The notes: generated by a model not told the origin, from the letters alone. A DNA stretch of 60,084 bases, filler included, from Sanchytrium tribonematis (GCA_018985235.1; 4 parts of 4 records of this genome joined end to end with filler, not necessarily neighbours in it); one strand, 5' to 3'; positions 19,780-33,448 are shown, numbered from the whole stretch's first letter. Made by a program: numbers and translations.

Positions 19780-20700
19780 AGGAAGTCTATTTCTTAGCGT
19801 CTCCGAATAGTCTTCTTCAGCCATCAAATTCATTGTATCTAGCACGGCTACTGCTTTAGTCTTCTATTCTTGTTGCCTGGGTGCCACAGCGGCTACCATA
19901 ATCTCTCTAACCGTGCTTAGGTCTGCATAAGTCTCCTTTTCTTGGGATTCTACCGTTGCACATTGTGTCTACTTCTTAAAGATCATATTCTCTTTAAAAT
20001 CTAACAGAGGACTAAGTGGTAGTGAAGAGCATGCTTCGATTACCCTTTCACTTTAGGAATCCAACCATGGCCCAACAATTTCTCTGTAATTTTTCATGTT
20101 CATGACATTTTCTGCTTCACCATAATCAAATTATGACTCACTCCTGCCATCAACATTGATGAACACGAAATGTTCATATTCGTCGATTTGAAGTAAACTG
20201 TTTGGCTTATTTTTCTACATTTTCTCCAATTTTCAGATGCCCTTTATAGAATGCTTTGAAAATATATCTACAAATGTCTGAATGCATTTGATATTGCTTA
20301 GTCGGAAAATATGTTTTATTAGACCATCACCATGCAGCTTTTTGAACGTTTTTCTATTAAATTTTTGCCTCTTAGTCATTTTCTATCTCAAAAGTTGTTC
20401 TAGTTGTAACTGATCTCCAATTAAGTATTCGTTTTTGGCTTTTGCATAATAAATGGCAAGAAGAAATTCCGCCTCATTAATTTGAGCAGCTTCATCTAAT
20501 ATGAAATCATCAAACGCTGAATTTCACAATTTAGATCTAGCAGAACAACTTGTTGTAGAGACGATTATTTCATATTTTGCAAATATTGCTTGTTTTGGCC
20601 TTTAAATTAAATTGATGCTTTCTGAATTCCCAATGCTGATCAGCTTGCAACTTATTAAACTACTCTTAATGAAGAAAGTATTCAAATTTACGCTCTAAAC
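19780..20700 (-). pseudogene. Decayed UPF1/Sen1/DNA2-NAM7-type SF1 helicase
   Basis: FILDEAAQ (DEAAQ at 20482-20496), LIGDQLQL (GDQLQL at 20401-20418), frameshifted KQYQMHSDIC (~20296), ATVESQ (motif V-like); stops and frameshifts; ends approximate. Confidence 0.7.
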
Positions 20701-21483
20701 CTCTACAGTCAACAAATTGGGACCCATTAAAACTAATTATCTTATCCTCGATTATAGTAGTCGGTGTTATGAGTATCAATCTAATTGAGCAAAGCGTCTG
20801 TATAATCTGTAAATAGAACAGACACAAATTCATTTTCCCCAATTTTCATCGATTTTTAATCAAAAAGATTCGAGTTACAAGCATCAAAAAATGATGCGTG
20901 GTCAAAAGATTTGAGCAATAAAAAGGGAGTCGCTGTGAGTGTTGTCAAAAATTCCAAAAGTCTTGGGAGTCAGTAAATTTCAAAATTAAACCCCACAAAG
21001 AGGCAAATATTGATAGAACGCGATAACGCCAAATTGCAAGAATGGTAAAAACTCAACCGTATATTGAAATAAACATGATTTCAATTTTTTTGAGGGACCC
21101 AGGATCGTTTTATTGATTTTGATTCAAAAACAAAAGGGGTGTCCAGACTAATATTGACGCTTACTTGTATTTTGGCAAACAATTCGCATTGAAATTGATA
21201 AAGAAAAATAAATAGGAGTAAACTTTATTTTAAAGACGCATGTTTCTGCCATTTCAGGCCCTATGTAAAGATCAGGGATTGAAAATCCCTAATTGATAGG
21301 GAAGAACGGTTAACAGGGGTATGTTTGATACTAGGTGTATGTCATTACTGCTAATATTATAAAATTAGCAATAACTACTTGACTAATCTATTTAATTATG
21401 TTTCTTATCGGTAACATCGTTCCCGTATCTGTGTCATCTGATTTCATGAAAAGGACACGCTCAGTTAACGATCCCTGAAACAA

Positions 21484-24400
21484 ATGGATTCAAAAGAGAA
21501 GAAAGATGAGAAACCAAAAGTTCCTTTCCAATTGACGGATGTTTTTAAACGATATGGTACTACCAAGGAATATTTTTTAATGTTTATCGGCTTTTTAGGT
21601 GCTATTGGTTTTGGTGCGAGTTTACCACTTCAAACTCTATTTTTTGGTGATGCCATTAATGCATTTAACAGCTATGATTATGTCATGAATCACCCATTCA
21701 ACGATGCAGTGAGAGATGCTGCCAGAGATAAAGTCGAAGAACAAGTCTTAAAAGTCATTATAAGTTTTCTGATTTTAGGTGCTGCTGTCTTTGTTTGCGC
21801 ATATTTATTGCAATCTCTATGGTGTTATACAGGTGCTCAACAAAGTAGAAGATTGCGTCTCAAATTTTTCAACGCTATGCTCTACCAACCTGTGGCTTGG
21901 CACGATGAACACAAGGCAGGTGAATTGAATACTCATTTAACAACATCCATGTCTTTGATTCAAGAAGGAGTCAGTGAGAGATTCGTGATGGTGTTTAATT
22001 ATTTGGCTTCTTTTATAGCTGGTTTCGTGATTGCATTTTCTAAAAGTTGGAAAATGACTTTGGTTTTACTGAGTGTCTTTCCACTGCTGGTGATTACAAG
22101 TGCTATTTTTGCTAAAATTATCAGTGAAAGTGCCAATTCTACACAATCTGATTACGCACAAGCTGGTGCAGTTGCCCAAGAAGTCCTCAGTAATATCAGA
22201 ACTGTAACAAGCTACAATGCGCAAGAGCATTTTATTAAGAAATTTAATGTATTTATTGACAAATCGTACATTGTGGGTCGATTAAAAGGATTCAAAACTG
22301 GTTTGGCAATGGGAGTCACATTTATGCTGATGTTTGGAGATTATGGCTTAGGATTTTGGTATGGTAGCACATTGGTCGTTGCTGGAGAAATTGATGGTGG
22401 TACAGTGTTGAATGTCTTTTTTGCTGTATTAATTGGTGCATTTGTTTTAGGAAATTTAAGTCCTAGTTTGGGTTCCATTTTTGGAGGAAATGGTGCTTGG
22501 CATTTTATTAAACAAGTCGTCGATACTTCTCCTCCTCTTGTAGAGGGAAAGAAGCCAGAGAAATTACAAGGTTTAATTGAATTCAAGGATATTGAATTTA
22601 CTTATCCAACCAGAAAAGAAACTCAAGTCTTGAAGAAATTTACATTGACCGTCGAACCTGGTCAGAAAGTAGCATTAGTGGGTGCTTCTGGAAGTGGTAA
22701 AAGTACAATTGTGCAATTATTACAGAAATTCTACAAACCAGATGCTGGAACAATTACTGTCGATGGTCAAGATTTACAAGATTTAGACACCAAGTGGTGG
22801 CGAACCAATGTTGGATTAGTCAGTCAAGAACCTATTTTATTTGATGCTACTATTGCTGAGAATATTATTTTGGGCTGTAAAGAATTTGATCCAGCAACTC
22901 CACAAGAAAATATTGAGAAATCTTGTCAATTGGCATTGGCACATGATTTCATTATGAAATTCCCTGACAAGTATCAAACATGGGTGGGAGAGAAAGGTTC
23001 ATTGATGAGCGGTGGACAAAAGCAGAGAATTGCGATTGCCAGAGCATTAATCAAAGATCCTTCTATTTTATTATTGGATGAAGCCACATCTGCTTTAGAT
23101 TCTTCGTCTGAAAAGATTGTTCAAGAAGCATTGGATAAAGCAGCAGATAACAGAACCACCATTGTGATTGCTCATCGATTATCTACCATTAGAGATGCAG
23201 ATAAAATTGTGGTTATGAAAAGTGGACAGATTATTGAACAAGGTACTTATGAATCTTTAGTAGCCCAACAAGGTGAGTTTTACAGTTTGGTGAAAGCTCA
23301 AGAACTAGCTGGAAACAAAGAAGAAATGAAACAAGCAAAGACTGAAGCAAAAGAAGAAAATGTGGTTGTTCAACAAGAAGCTGAAAAAGTCAAAACATTG
23401 CCTATTACCAAGTGGCCACTTGCAAGATTATTCAAGATGCAAAAACCTGAATTACCAATTATGATTTTGGGTGCATTTGGTGCTGCCGTCAATGGTGCTA
23501 TCTTTCCTGTTTTCAATTTATTTTTTGGTAATATTTTAGGTGTTTTTGCGAAAGATAAGAGTGAGATTCAAGAAGGTGCCAATTTATATGCTATCTTGTT
23601 TGCTGTATTGGGATTTGTTGCTTTAATTGCAAATACAGTCCAAATTACCTGTTTCACAATTAGTGGTGAAAAGTTGACTTGTAGAATCCGTGAAAACTTG
23701 TTTAGAGCTTATTTGAGACAAGATATTGGGTATTTTGATGATCCTAATCACACTAGTGGTGCCTTAAGTGCAAATATTGCAGAAGAAGCTGAAAGAATTA
23801 AAGGATTAACTGGAGAATTATTGGGAATTATTTGCCAATTTCTTGCTACGGTCATTTTTGGTCTTGGAATTGCATTTTATTATAATCCTGCTTTAGCTGG
23901 TTTGATTTTAGTCGTTATGCCATTTACTGCTTTGCAAGGTCATTTTATTTAATTTAGGTTGGATGGAAATGAAAATATTAGAAGGATTTAATCAAAAAAC
24001 TAAAAAGTACTACTCAAATGCATCAAGCATTGCTGTAGATGCGATTGCTAATATCAGAACTGTGTTGAGTTTGAATAGACAAGAACAATTTATGAAGTAT
24101 TACAGCGATAGGACTCTTAAACCACATGAAATGAGCGTCAAAGGCGGATTTGTGACTGGTTTGATGTACGGCTTTTCTCAAGCATCTGTCTATGCAGTTT
24201 TAGCATACGCATTTTGGATTGGTAAAGTTTGGTTGGTCAATGGTAGAATTTCAAGCAAAGACATGTTTATTGTCATCTTTTCGATTATTTTCAGTGCTAT
24301 GGGTTTAGGTCAAGTTTTAAGCCAAGCTAAAAATGTATTTAAAGCCGCTGCAGCTGCCAAAAATTATTTTGAGATAATTGATCGTCAACCACCAATCGAT

Positions 24401-25165
24401 TTCTTGCCGACTGGTCAACAATTGGTGGATGTTCAGGGAAAAGCAAGCCTTCAAAAAGTTGAATTTACATATCCAGCAAGAAAAGACATCAAAATTCTTC
24501 ATGGAATCTCTCAAGTTTTCCAACCTGGTAAAACAACTGCATTGGTTGGTAGTTCTGGAAGTGGGAAAAGTACCATTGTTCAATTATTAAGTAGATTTTA
24601 TGATCCTCAAAGCGGTATCGTGGAAATGGAACTATTTAATTTAAAAGATTGGAATTTGAAATACTTAAGAGATCAAATTGCACTTGTGAGTCAAGATCCT
24701 GTATTATTTAGAGGTACAGTTAAAGAGAATATTGCTTTTGGAAAAGAAGATGTGGATATGGAAAGAATGGTCGAATGTGTAAAAATGGCAAATATTTCTG
24801 AATATATAGATAATCTACCAGAGAAATACGATACGCTGATCAGTAACACGGTCGCCAGTGGTGGGCAAAAGCAAAGAATTGTTATCGCTAGAGCATTGTA
24901 TAAAAATCCTAAATTTTTGTTATTAGATGAAGCAACATCTGCTTTGGATACTCAAAGTGAAAAAGTCGTTCAAGAAGCATTGGACAAGGCAAGTGAAAAT
25001 AGAACGACCATTGTGATTGCACATCGATTATCTACAATCCAACACGCTCATATGATTGTTGTGATGGACAGAGGTGAAATTAAAGAAATTGGAAATCATC
25101 AGGAATTGTACGCCCTTGGTGGAATATATACAACTTTAGTTAATCAGCAAAGTTTGTCAACTTAA
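21484..25165 (+). CDS. ABCB1: Full-length ABCB (MDR/P-glycoprotein) transporter, 2 exons, ~1220 aa
   Basis: TMD-NBD-TMD-NBD; GASGSGKST/GSSGSGKST, SGGQKQR, LLLDEATSALD twice; 19-nt intron at 23939-23957. Confidence 0.95.
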
Positions 25166-25399
25166 TAAATTTATGACATTTGACACTATCTTAAATTGAA
25201 TCAAAGACTAGTATAAGAGTAGCTTCCAAAACTGGTTAATTGAATCTGGCGCTCAATTATCTTCTCCACTATACTATTTATGATCATACAGATACAAAAG
25301 AAACTGTTCTTTCGAATATGAAGGGAATAAAATTGATTTATTCAAAATTAATTGAACTTGTTTTGAGGTTATCATGAGGAAAAGCTGTACCTTTGTTTC

Positions 25400-27046
25400 A
25401 TGAAAATTGGCAACTGTGTCGCAATTCACTCATCTCCAAATCAAGATCAAATTGTACTTGCAACAAAAGACCAGTTGAAGCTATTCAGTCTTTTTCATAA
25501 TATGGAGTTTTTAAGTCTAAGAACAAAACTTCCAACTAAAAATCTTTATTCTTATCTTGACGTCAAATGGACAACTCAAAATTACGTAGTAGGAGGATGT
25601 GCTAATGGGAGCTTGGTGGTTTTTAATATTCACAAATCCGGTTCTAACAAGCTAGATAGGATATTTCACGAGCACAATCGTGCGGTTTGTCGTATGGATT
25701 GCTCATCTACAGAGCCGTTGGTATTGTCGGGATCACTTGACTCGACATGTCGACTTTGGGATTTGAGGTTAAGAATCAAGTCAGTATCTAGATTTGAAGT
25801 GAAAGAACCATGTAGGGATGTTTGTTTCTATGGAACTGACAATTTTGCTGCAATCCAAGATGATGGGAATATTTATAAATTTGATTTAAGGCAACCCTCC
25901 GCAGTATTGGGAGTTTTGTCTGCTCATTCAGGATCTGGACTTACACTTTCTTATTCAAATGGATATTTGGCATCTGGTGGTAAAGACAAAACTGTAAAAA
26001 TCTGGGATATTTACTCAGAGGATATAAAACCTGTAAATACAATATATTTGGACAACATTGTTGGAAAAGTCTCTTGGAAACCAAATAGCAGCATCTTAGG
26101 AACTTTTGCGCTTCAAAATTCTGGTGAAATCCAGATTTGGGACTCGAATCGACCGCAAGTGCCAATTTTTAACATAAATCCACACACAGATTCAGTAGTT
26201 GACTTTATTTGGGGGAAAGAAAACGATTTTGTCCTTTCTATTGGAAAAGATGGTGACCTTTCCCAAACATTATACCAGAGTGGCAGCAATCCAAGAAAAA
26301 ATTTCCCTACAGCAGAAAGTTCTGTTTCTTGCTATGGTGAAGCTGTCATCTTTAAGCATGGATATTTTGCAAACAAAGACACTCTATTTTACAACCTGCA
26401 AGAAGGCTTGGATTTATATGTTTATTACGCTAAAATACTCAATTTGGATGCTCCAGACGCTTTGGAGCTTAATTACCAGCTTTGCAATAATATCGGTGAT
26501 GACATTGGCGCCTCTCATTTTCGACTTCTTGCATTACTCATTTCGAATTATAAAGAAGCAGATGAATTTGCTCAAACTGCAATCAAATCGTATTTTTCTC
26601 AAATCATTGAAGAAATGGCTGAATCTGGAAAGGAACAACTGGCTGCAATTTCAATAGTTTTACTAGGTGAACACATTGTTCACGATAGGCGAATGGTTAT
26701 GATTTGTGATACTTACTTGAAAAAATTAAAATCTCTCTGCATGTACAATAGCGCCGCTCGTTTTTTGAAACTCTGCAATATTGAGGAACTGCAAAGGATC
26801 TCACTTTCAACCACAAGACTTATTCAAACTTGTGGAAAGTGCAACAAAAATATTGAAGATTTTAATAATGGCTATTGCCATCATTGCCGCACTTCTTTTG
26901 CAAAATGCTCTATTTGTAAGGGCGTCACAAAGGGTCTAGTTGGTGGCTGTATTGAGTGTGGTCATACTGCACATATTGACTGCTTTAAACAATGGTTTGC
27001 GACAAATTTTAATTGTCCAACTGGTTGTGGCTGCGTTTGCAAGTGA
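25400..27046 (+). CDS. WDR24: GATOR2/SEA complex subunit WDR24/Sea2 (Rtc1)
   Basis: N-terminal WD40 repeats (EHNRAV, LSGSLD, AHSG, ASGGKDKTVKIWD) and C-terminal Zn/RING region ending CPTGCGCVC. Confidence 0.85.
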   Translation: MKIGNCVAIHSSPNQDQIVLATKDQLKLFSLFHNMEFLSLRTKLPTKNLYSYLDVKWTTQNYVVGGCANGSLVVFNIHKSGSNKLDRIFHEHNRAVCRMDCSSTEPLVLSGSLDSTCRLWDLRLRIKSVSRFEVKEPCRDVCFYGTDNFAAIQDDGNIYKFDLRQPSAVLGVLSAHSGSGLTLSYSNGYLASGGKDKTVKIWDIYSEDIKPVNTIYLDNIVGKVSWKPNSSILGTFALQNSGEIQIWDSNRPQVPIFNINPHTDSVVDFIWGKENDFVLSIGKDGDLSQTLYQSGSNPRKNFPTAESSVSCYGEAVIFKHGYFANKDTLFYNLQEGLDLYVYYAKILNLDAPDALELNYQLCNNIGDDIGASHFRLLALLISNYKEADEFAQTAIKSYFSQIIEEMAESGKEQLAAISIVLLGEHIVHDRRMVMICDTYLKKLKSLCMYNSAARFLKLCNIEELQRISLSTTRLIQTCGKCNKNIEDFNNGYCHHCRTSFAKCSICKGVTKGLVGGCIECGHTAHIDCFKQWFATNFNCPTGCGCVCK

Positions 27047-27156
27047 TTATAATCGGAGCGCACCCGGTTAGGCTGTTTCCATTACTAAGCTAAACCAATT
27101 ATCGAACAATCAAAAATAGACTAATTAAATTCTAGCCCTTGTTATTTCCCCTTGAA

Positions 27157-27705
27157 ATGATTTCTATTTTGCAACCGAATGAAATCGACGATTGTGCACA
27201 AATTATATCAAAATCATTTGCGACGCTAAACAAACTTAATGAGCAATTGGGAATAACTAGAGAAGAAAATTATAAATGGTTAGTGCCATTAATCACGATT
27301 CTCCAGAAAAATGAGAATTGCCTTGTTTATAAAACTGGAAATACTATCAATGCTATTTTAATAGCTGATGATCATTGCAATACACTGCCTATTAGTCAGG
27401 CACATAGCCAGATTTTTGAGATTGTAAAAGATATCCAAATTCCAATTGATTTGAAAAATTCACTCAATTGGTATCTGGTTTCTACCAATCCTGATTCTCA
27501 TGTACCGGGTGCCTGCCAGAAAATGCTGCAGTACAGCATTGATCATTGCAAAGTGAAAAATATATATGTTGAGGCTTCGAATCCTAGTATGAGTCATATC
27601 TTGAAGAAATTGGGATTTACACTAAAGAAAACTGCGCATTACAAAGACTATGAGTTTTGCAAATCTTTAGATGGCGGGATGGACATGTTCTTGTTAAGCC
27701 TCTGA
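27157..27705 (+). CDS. GNAT-fold N-acetyltransferase (AANAT-like)
   Basis: IISKSF N-terminal helix, YLVSTNPD..xPG (motif A-like), VEASNPSMSHILKKLGF; ATG at 27157. Confidence 0.6.
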   Translation: MISILQPNEIDDCAQIISKSFATLNKLNEQLGITREENYKWLVPLITILQKNENCLVYKTGNTINAILIADDHCNTLPISQAHSQIFEIVKDIQIPIDLKNSLNWYLVSTNPDSHVPGACQKMLQYSIDHCKVKNIYVEASNPSMSHILKKLGFTLKKTAHYKDYEFCKSLDGGMDMFLLSL

Positions 27706-27806
27706 TTGCGTTAAGTTGGTTTTTTATTGTGCATGGTCGAATAAAAATTGTTTTCTAATTTCTAGCCTTAACAAATAAGAAGAGAATACATTTGAAACAC
27801 CCCTAA

Positions 27807-29496
27807 ATGAGTTTCTCAAAATTAGTTGATCAATCTTTAACATCTAGTGATTTTACCGTCATGCTGGAATTATCAGACATGATCAAATCCAAGCAGGCCT
27901 CCCCATCAGCTGTGTTATCTGAAATTAATAACAAATTATCAAACACTAATATCTCAACTGCCACAGTTCTGTTGGATTGTCTCATTAAAAACAGTGGTCC
28001 CTCATTTATCAGTGAACTATCCAATTTTAACAATATTTTTGCATTTTTGGCTGAATATATTCAGTCAAATCCAAACACCGAATTGAAAAAATATTTGCTA
28101 GAATGGGCTCATCTTTTAAAAACACATAATCCATATATTTTTGACTTGTTTATTAGACTCAAGTACAACAATATCGATTTTCCTAAATACACTGCCAATG
28201 AAATATTGTTAGAATGTTCATTGGCACCAGATTGGGTTGACTCAAGCAGTTGTATGATTTGCGATAATAGCTTCAATCTTATCAATAGAAAGCATCATTG
28301 TAGAAATTGTGGGAAATGCGTTTGTAACAGCTGCAGTCAAAACAAACAAACAATCCCCAAATATGGAATTATGGACACTGTTCGAGTTTGTAATAATTGC
28401 TACAATCCTAGTGGTCTGCCAAATTCCAGTGGCTCCAATTTTAAAGCTTTGGAATTGAGTGATGACCAAGAACAAAGAGAATTAGAGCTTGCGATAAAAG
28501 AATCTTTAAAACTTACAAATTCTCATCAAAATCAGAGATTTGAACCTAAAGAAAAACAAGAGGAGATTCCGGACGAGGAGCAAGAAATGATTCGAAAGGC
28601 GATTGAATTGTCTTTGAAAGACGACAATCTTCAGAAACAGAGTGCCAATATCAAAAAGAATATTTACAAAGAATTTCAACCGAATTTAAATATCCCAAAC
28701 ATGAACGTGGGTTCAACATCTAGCCAATACAATTCCCAATTTAATCAGCCATATCAGCAGTCTCCCTCTCCAACACCTTCTTCTCAATTTCAGCAATTTC
28801 CCCCTCAATCCTTAGATGTGACTGCAACTGAAATGCAATCCTTAGACTTATTTTATGCATGGTAATTAACATTAATTTAGGATGTTGCATGCTTCTCAGC
28901 AGGACCCATCACTCGTAAGTCAAACCGATGTGCTCAAAATGCAACAGCGAGTGAAAATGATTCATTCTAAACTCCAAATGAAATTGCAGTCCATAAATTC
29001 TGAGCTTATGGAGCTGCAACAATTACAACAGTCTACGAATCAGAGCACAATTAAAATGGAACACATTGTAAAAAAGAGGCTGGAGAAATTAAACACATCC
29101 GTTACCATGAAATCGACCAATTCGATGCCTCAAATAGTCCCACAGCCCCATACTCAAATGCCACAACCCGCTTTACAGCAATTACCCCCGCATATGCCTC
29201 AATACCAATCTTATCCGCCAACAAATGTACCTATTCAGTTGCCAAATCAATTACCCGGTCAAACTTATGGTCACATTCCAACGCAATCAACTCAGCCTCC
29301 ACATTTAAATAATTACCCTCAAAACATTCCACATCAGCAATACACGTATGCCAGCCAGCCTTCTGCTCCACCTTCGACTCATCAAATGCCAAATGTTCCA
29401 CAGATCATAGATCAAATGCCATCTGCGCCACTCGAGTCACCTACGAAAGAAGCAAAAGAGCCACAACAGTCTCAGGTTAGCTTGATTGATCTTTAA
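27807..29496 (+). CDS. VPS27: ESCRT-0 Vps27/Hrs, 2 exons, ~556 aa
   Basis: VHS (LLDCLIKNSG), FYVE (PDWVDS..C..C, RKHHCRNCG, RVC), two UIMs, coiled coil, P/Q tail, C-terminal clathrin box SLIDL; 19-nt intron at 28862-28880. Confidence 0.92.
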
Positions 29497-29683
29497 ATAA
29501 ATTTATTGAAACTCAACGAATCGTATTAGTGGGTACCGCTTTTGACATTAAATGTCTTGTCATTCAAGGAAAAATTAATGGTTAACAAAAACTTTTACTT
29601 ATCAGTGAATTTTTGTAATTTTTTATGAAATTTCACCACAATTCAATATTGAATTTCCTAAATTGAGGAGATTTTAAAACTTG

Positions 29684-30105
29684 ATGGCGATATTTCCATA
29701 CTATAAAACTTGTCAAGCTAATAGTTATATGGCTATAACGGGAGCCCTTATTGATGATGTAAAGATAACAAGAAAGGCTTGGATACTCCCTGGCCAGAAA
29801 GTTGTTAAATTTTCAGTTCAGCCGCAAAATTATCATTTAACAGTTGAGGCAATGTCTATCGAGAAACTGCCATTTCTGCTACCAACCACATTTACAATTG
29901 GACCGAACATTGACCCCGACTCGCCTTTTGATTTACAAGCCTATGCGATGTTGTTAACTGATCAAGCCAATTCTGATCATTTAAGGACTATCATCCTTGG
30001 TATCGTTGAAGGAGAGACTAGAGTCATTGCTGCTGGATTGAAGATGGAAGAGATTTTTGAAGGAACTAAGAAATTCAAATCGGATATATTTGAAAAAATT
30101 CAGCT
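29684..30105 (+). CDS. Flotillin-like SPFH protein (fungal/plant type), truncated at contig end
   Basis: YMAITGALI, AMSIEKLPFLLP..FTIGP, GIVEGETRV, MEEIF. Confidence 0.85.
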
Positions 30106-30205
30106 NNNNNNNNNNNNNNNNNNNNNNNNNNNNNNNNNNNNNNNNNNNNTTAATTAATTAANNNNNNNNNNNNNNNNNNNNNNNNNNNNNNNNNNNNNNN
30201 NNNNN
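30106..30205. other. Artificial contig linker
   Basis: N44-TTAATTAATTAA-N44. Confidence 0.97.
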
Positions 30206-32999
30206 CAATTTAAGTTGTATAAACATGCAAATTGGATCTCATTTATATGGTCTCATTTGACTTCTGACATAAATATTAAGGATTTGGCACTGATAACAAT
30301 GCAATCCATACGCTTTTTTCAGCTTGAAATCAACATCCCAGAATTTGTTCAAAACATCCGAGCACTCGAAATCCGGGAAGGAAGTTTGATACAAGTCATT
30401 TCATTGCTACTTAAAAATAATCAGGACAGCCAGTTGGTGGATCTGATGATGCACCTAAGCATTGATTTATTTCAGCGAGTTTTACACAATGATTTTTCAC
30501 CAGATTTGCTTGATCAAATTGATCATATTATTCATCATGGTACACATGAACTTCTCCCAGACTGTATTAATGTTATATTTCAAGCGATATTGAAATCAGA
30601 AATAGATATCCCTGCTTTTAATAAGTCCTTGAAGTGGTACTTGCTTGTAAAAAATAATAACTGCGACAAAAATCTCATTAAAATCCTACCGATGCTATAC
30701 AACCATCATTTGTTTCCAAAATTATTGCAACAAATTCCTTATTCAAAAGAATATCATTCGGATTACTTATTTTTATTATCTGTGTTGGAATACAAAAATT
30801 TGCATTTGGAAATTTGTATGGATTTGAGAGAAAAATATCAACTGGGCAAGAAGCATATTACCAGATTAAAATCGATTGATTGCGATTATTCTCCTTTGGA
30901 TTTATTAGAATCAAGTCTTATCCCTCAATTGATTAATTCCGACAATCAGGATCCCAAATACATTCAAAGTTTATTAATGTCACTATATTACCAAAATTTT
31001 GATCTCATTAAAATTAAACAAAGATCTTTAACATTACAAGTCAACAACAAACCCGTACATGTTCCAGTACAAACTCCACTTTATATGCTTGAAAATACAA
31101 ATGACCCCATTCATATGCTACTTAATCGAATAAGAAACCAAATGGAAAGAGGAATTCGTGCTCAAATTGAAAATGAAGATGAGACTGAAGAGGACAACGA
31201 GGATGACGACATTGAGGAAGTTCAGAGTGACAATGAGGACCAAATGGATATTGATGATGACGAAGACAATGCAGAGGAAATTAAAAACGAGGAAGACGTA
31301 GAAGACAGCGAAGAGGAGAATGAACTTGGCATAGAGTTTGAGGAAATACACATGGAATCTGGGGAGTTAGAATCTGACCAAGAGGAAGAAATCTACGAGG
31401 AGGACAATGAAAACGACGAGGAGATGCAAGAAATGCCTGGAACGAGGCCGGTCCATCACATCATGCGGCAATTACATACACACATACATCATAAAATACC
31501 CATTCATGTTGCTAAAAATTACAAATTGCCAGACTCTTACCAAATACAAACCCCCGAAATCGAAGAATTGCCCTTTAAAGAATCAAAATCTTTGGATAAT
31601 GATATTGGCAGTATTTTTTCATATCAAAATGAACTACTTGATCCCAATGCAAGCGTATTTGGTGCACTATTCAACAAATCACCGTCTATTGAAATGTCAA
31701 AATCTGAAACCAAATACCATATTCAAGAAAGTCTTACTGTGCTTCCTTTTGGTTCTATTAATCCGTTGCTCCTTAATGCAATCTCGCGTGTATACAAACT
31801 AAATCCTAATAATATAACTGCTAGTCCTTTGCTAAGTTACCTATTTGCACTGCAATTAAATGACCCTTTAATCTTACAATGCAAAGTTCTCCCTAATTGG
31901 ATCAATTCGATTATTCAGTCAGTTCCTTTTTTAGTTCCATTAAGGGTGAGACAATTGCTATTTCATAAGCATCATTCCAGAAACAAAATGATAATTTCAA
32001 GACAAAAGATACTCCCATCTCTTATTTATATGATGGAGCGATACCAAAATATTAACATTATATTTATAAACGAAGTTGGAACAGGTCTTGGATGCACAAA
32101 TGAGTTTTACACGCTGGGATGCAAAGAATTGGCAAGGAAAGACTTAAAAATATGGATGGACAAGGATCAACTTTATCCACTTCCTATTGTGAATGATGAC
32201 ACGAGATTGTATTTATTTGAAACATTAGGTGCATTTATTGCTCAAGGAATTATGAATAAGCATGTTCTTAGTTTGGATCTACATATTTTGTTTTTAAAAC
32301 TAATTTTGCGCGATTTAAAATTTGATTTCAATGACTTAAAAGAGATTCTTCCACAGGTCACGAGAGTTATTGAAGAGTGTAGAGTAGGCAGAATGGACAT
32401 TGGTGGTCTAAATTTGGACTTTCATTATCCTGGCACCGACGTTTTGATGATTGAGAAAAACAAGTCACTAAATCAGGATTGTTTGGAGGAATATGTGGAT
32501 TGTCTGTTAGATTATACATTTGGTGTAGGCATGAAACCAATTGTTCAATCGGTCCGAAAGGGAATTCAAAAAATTGTACCTTTGGAAATATTTAGTGCTT
32601 TAAGAGGCCAAGAATTGTTAAATTTGCTTTCTAGTCACTACACGAAATGGAAGATTACTGGTAACAATTGCTCATATAGACATGGCATCCAATGTCGAAT
32701 GCGGACATGGCATTTTAAAAAACGATACTCTTTTCAAAATGTTTTTACAAATATTGAGCGAATTCGACAAAGTGCAGCAAGAATTGTTTTTAATGTTCAT
32801 TAGTGGAAGCAAAAAATTACCTAATCAATCTTGGTCTGATCTTATTCCTAAAATGAAAGTAGTTTTAAAAGAAAATGGATTGCCGAGCGTGATGACTTGC
32901 GCTCATTATCTCAAGATTAGAAACTATACAGCAATAGAGGTATTTCAGAGAGAGTTGCTGCTAGCAATGAATGAAGGATCTGAATTCCATCTGTCTTAA
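30206..32999 (+). CDS. HECT E3 ubiquitin ligase, Ufd4/TRIP12-like, 5'-truncated
   Basis: [26 protein letters not shown] (catalytic Cys), C-terminal FHLS, acidic linker; 19-nt intron at 32661-32679 joins the two frames. Confidence 0.85.
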
Positions 33000-33018
33000 A
33001 ATAAAAGGATTTCTCTCC

Positions 33019-33330
33019 ATGTCTGAGAATGTTGATCAAAGAAGCATTTATGTAGGGAATGTAGATTTCAGTGTGACAAGTGAAGAATTAGGACTATTTT
33101 TTAAATCTGCCGGCAAAGTTAATAGGGTTACGATACTAACAAATCAAAAAGGACTACCCAAGGGCTTTGCATATGTGGAATTTGGCGATGTTGAGGCTGT
33201 CCAAAAGGCACTATTGCTCAATGGAGAAATCTTGAGTAATAGACCATTAAAAGTTAGTACTAAACGTACCAATGTGCCTGGAAGAGGACGAGGTAGAGGT
33301 AGGGGCAGAAGCAGATCGAGGCCTTACTAA
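33019..33330 (+). CDS. PAB2: Nuclear poly(A)-binding protein 2 (PABPN1/Pab2-like RRM)
   Basis: [11 protein letters not shown] (RNP2), KGFAYVEF (RNP1), KRTNVPG, RG tail ending PY. Confidence 0.85.
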   Translation: MSENVDQRSIYVGNVDFSVTSEELGLFFKSAGKVNRVTILTNQKGLPKGFAYVEFGDVEAVQKALLLNGEILSNRPLKVSTKRTNVPGRGRGRGRGRSRSRPY

Positions 33331-33448
33331 GATGTTAAATTTACAATAAAGACATCCATTAACAAATAAAATAAAGGCTTTATCTCTACGAAATGCAAAT
33401 GAACGGTAAAAGCAGCATCAAATATTTCTCCTTTAAACCAAATTAAAA

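Noticed and set aside
21273..21477. Possible MITE (CAGGGAT...ATCCCTG) upstream of ABCB1
   Set aside because: Only a 7-8-bp terminal match and no target-site duplication.
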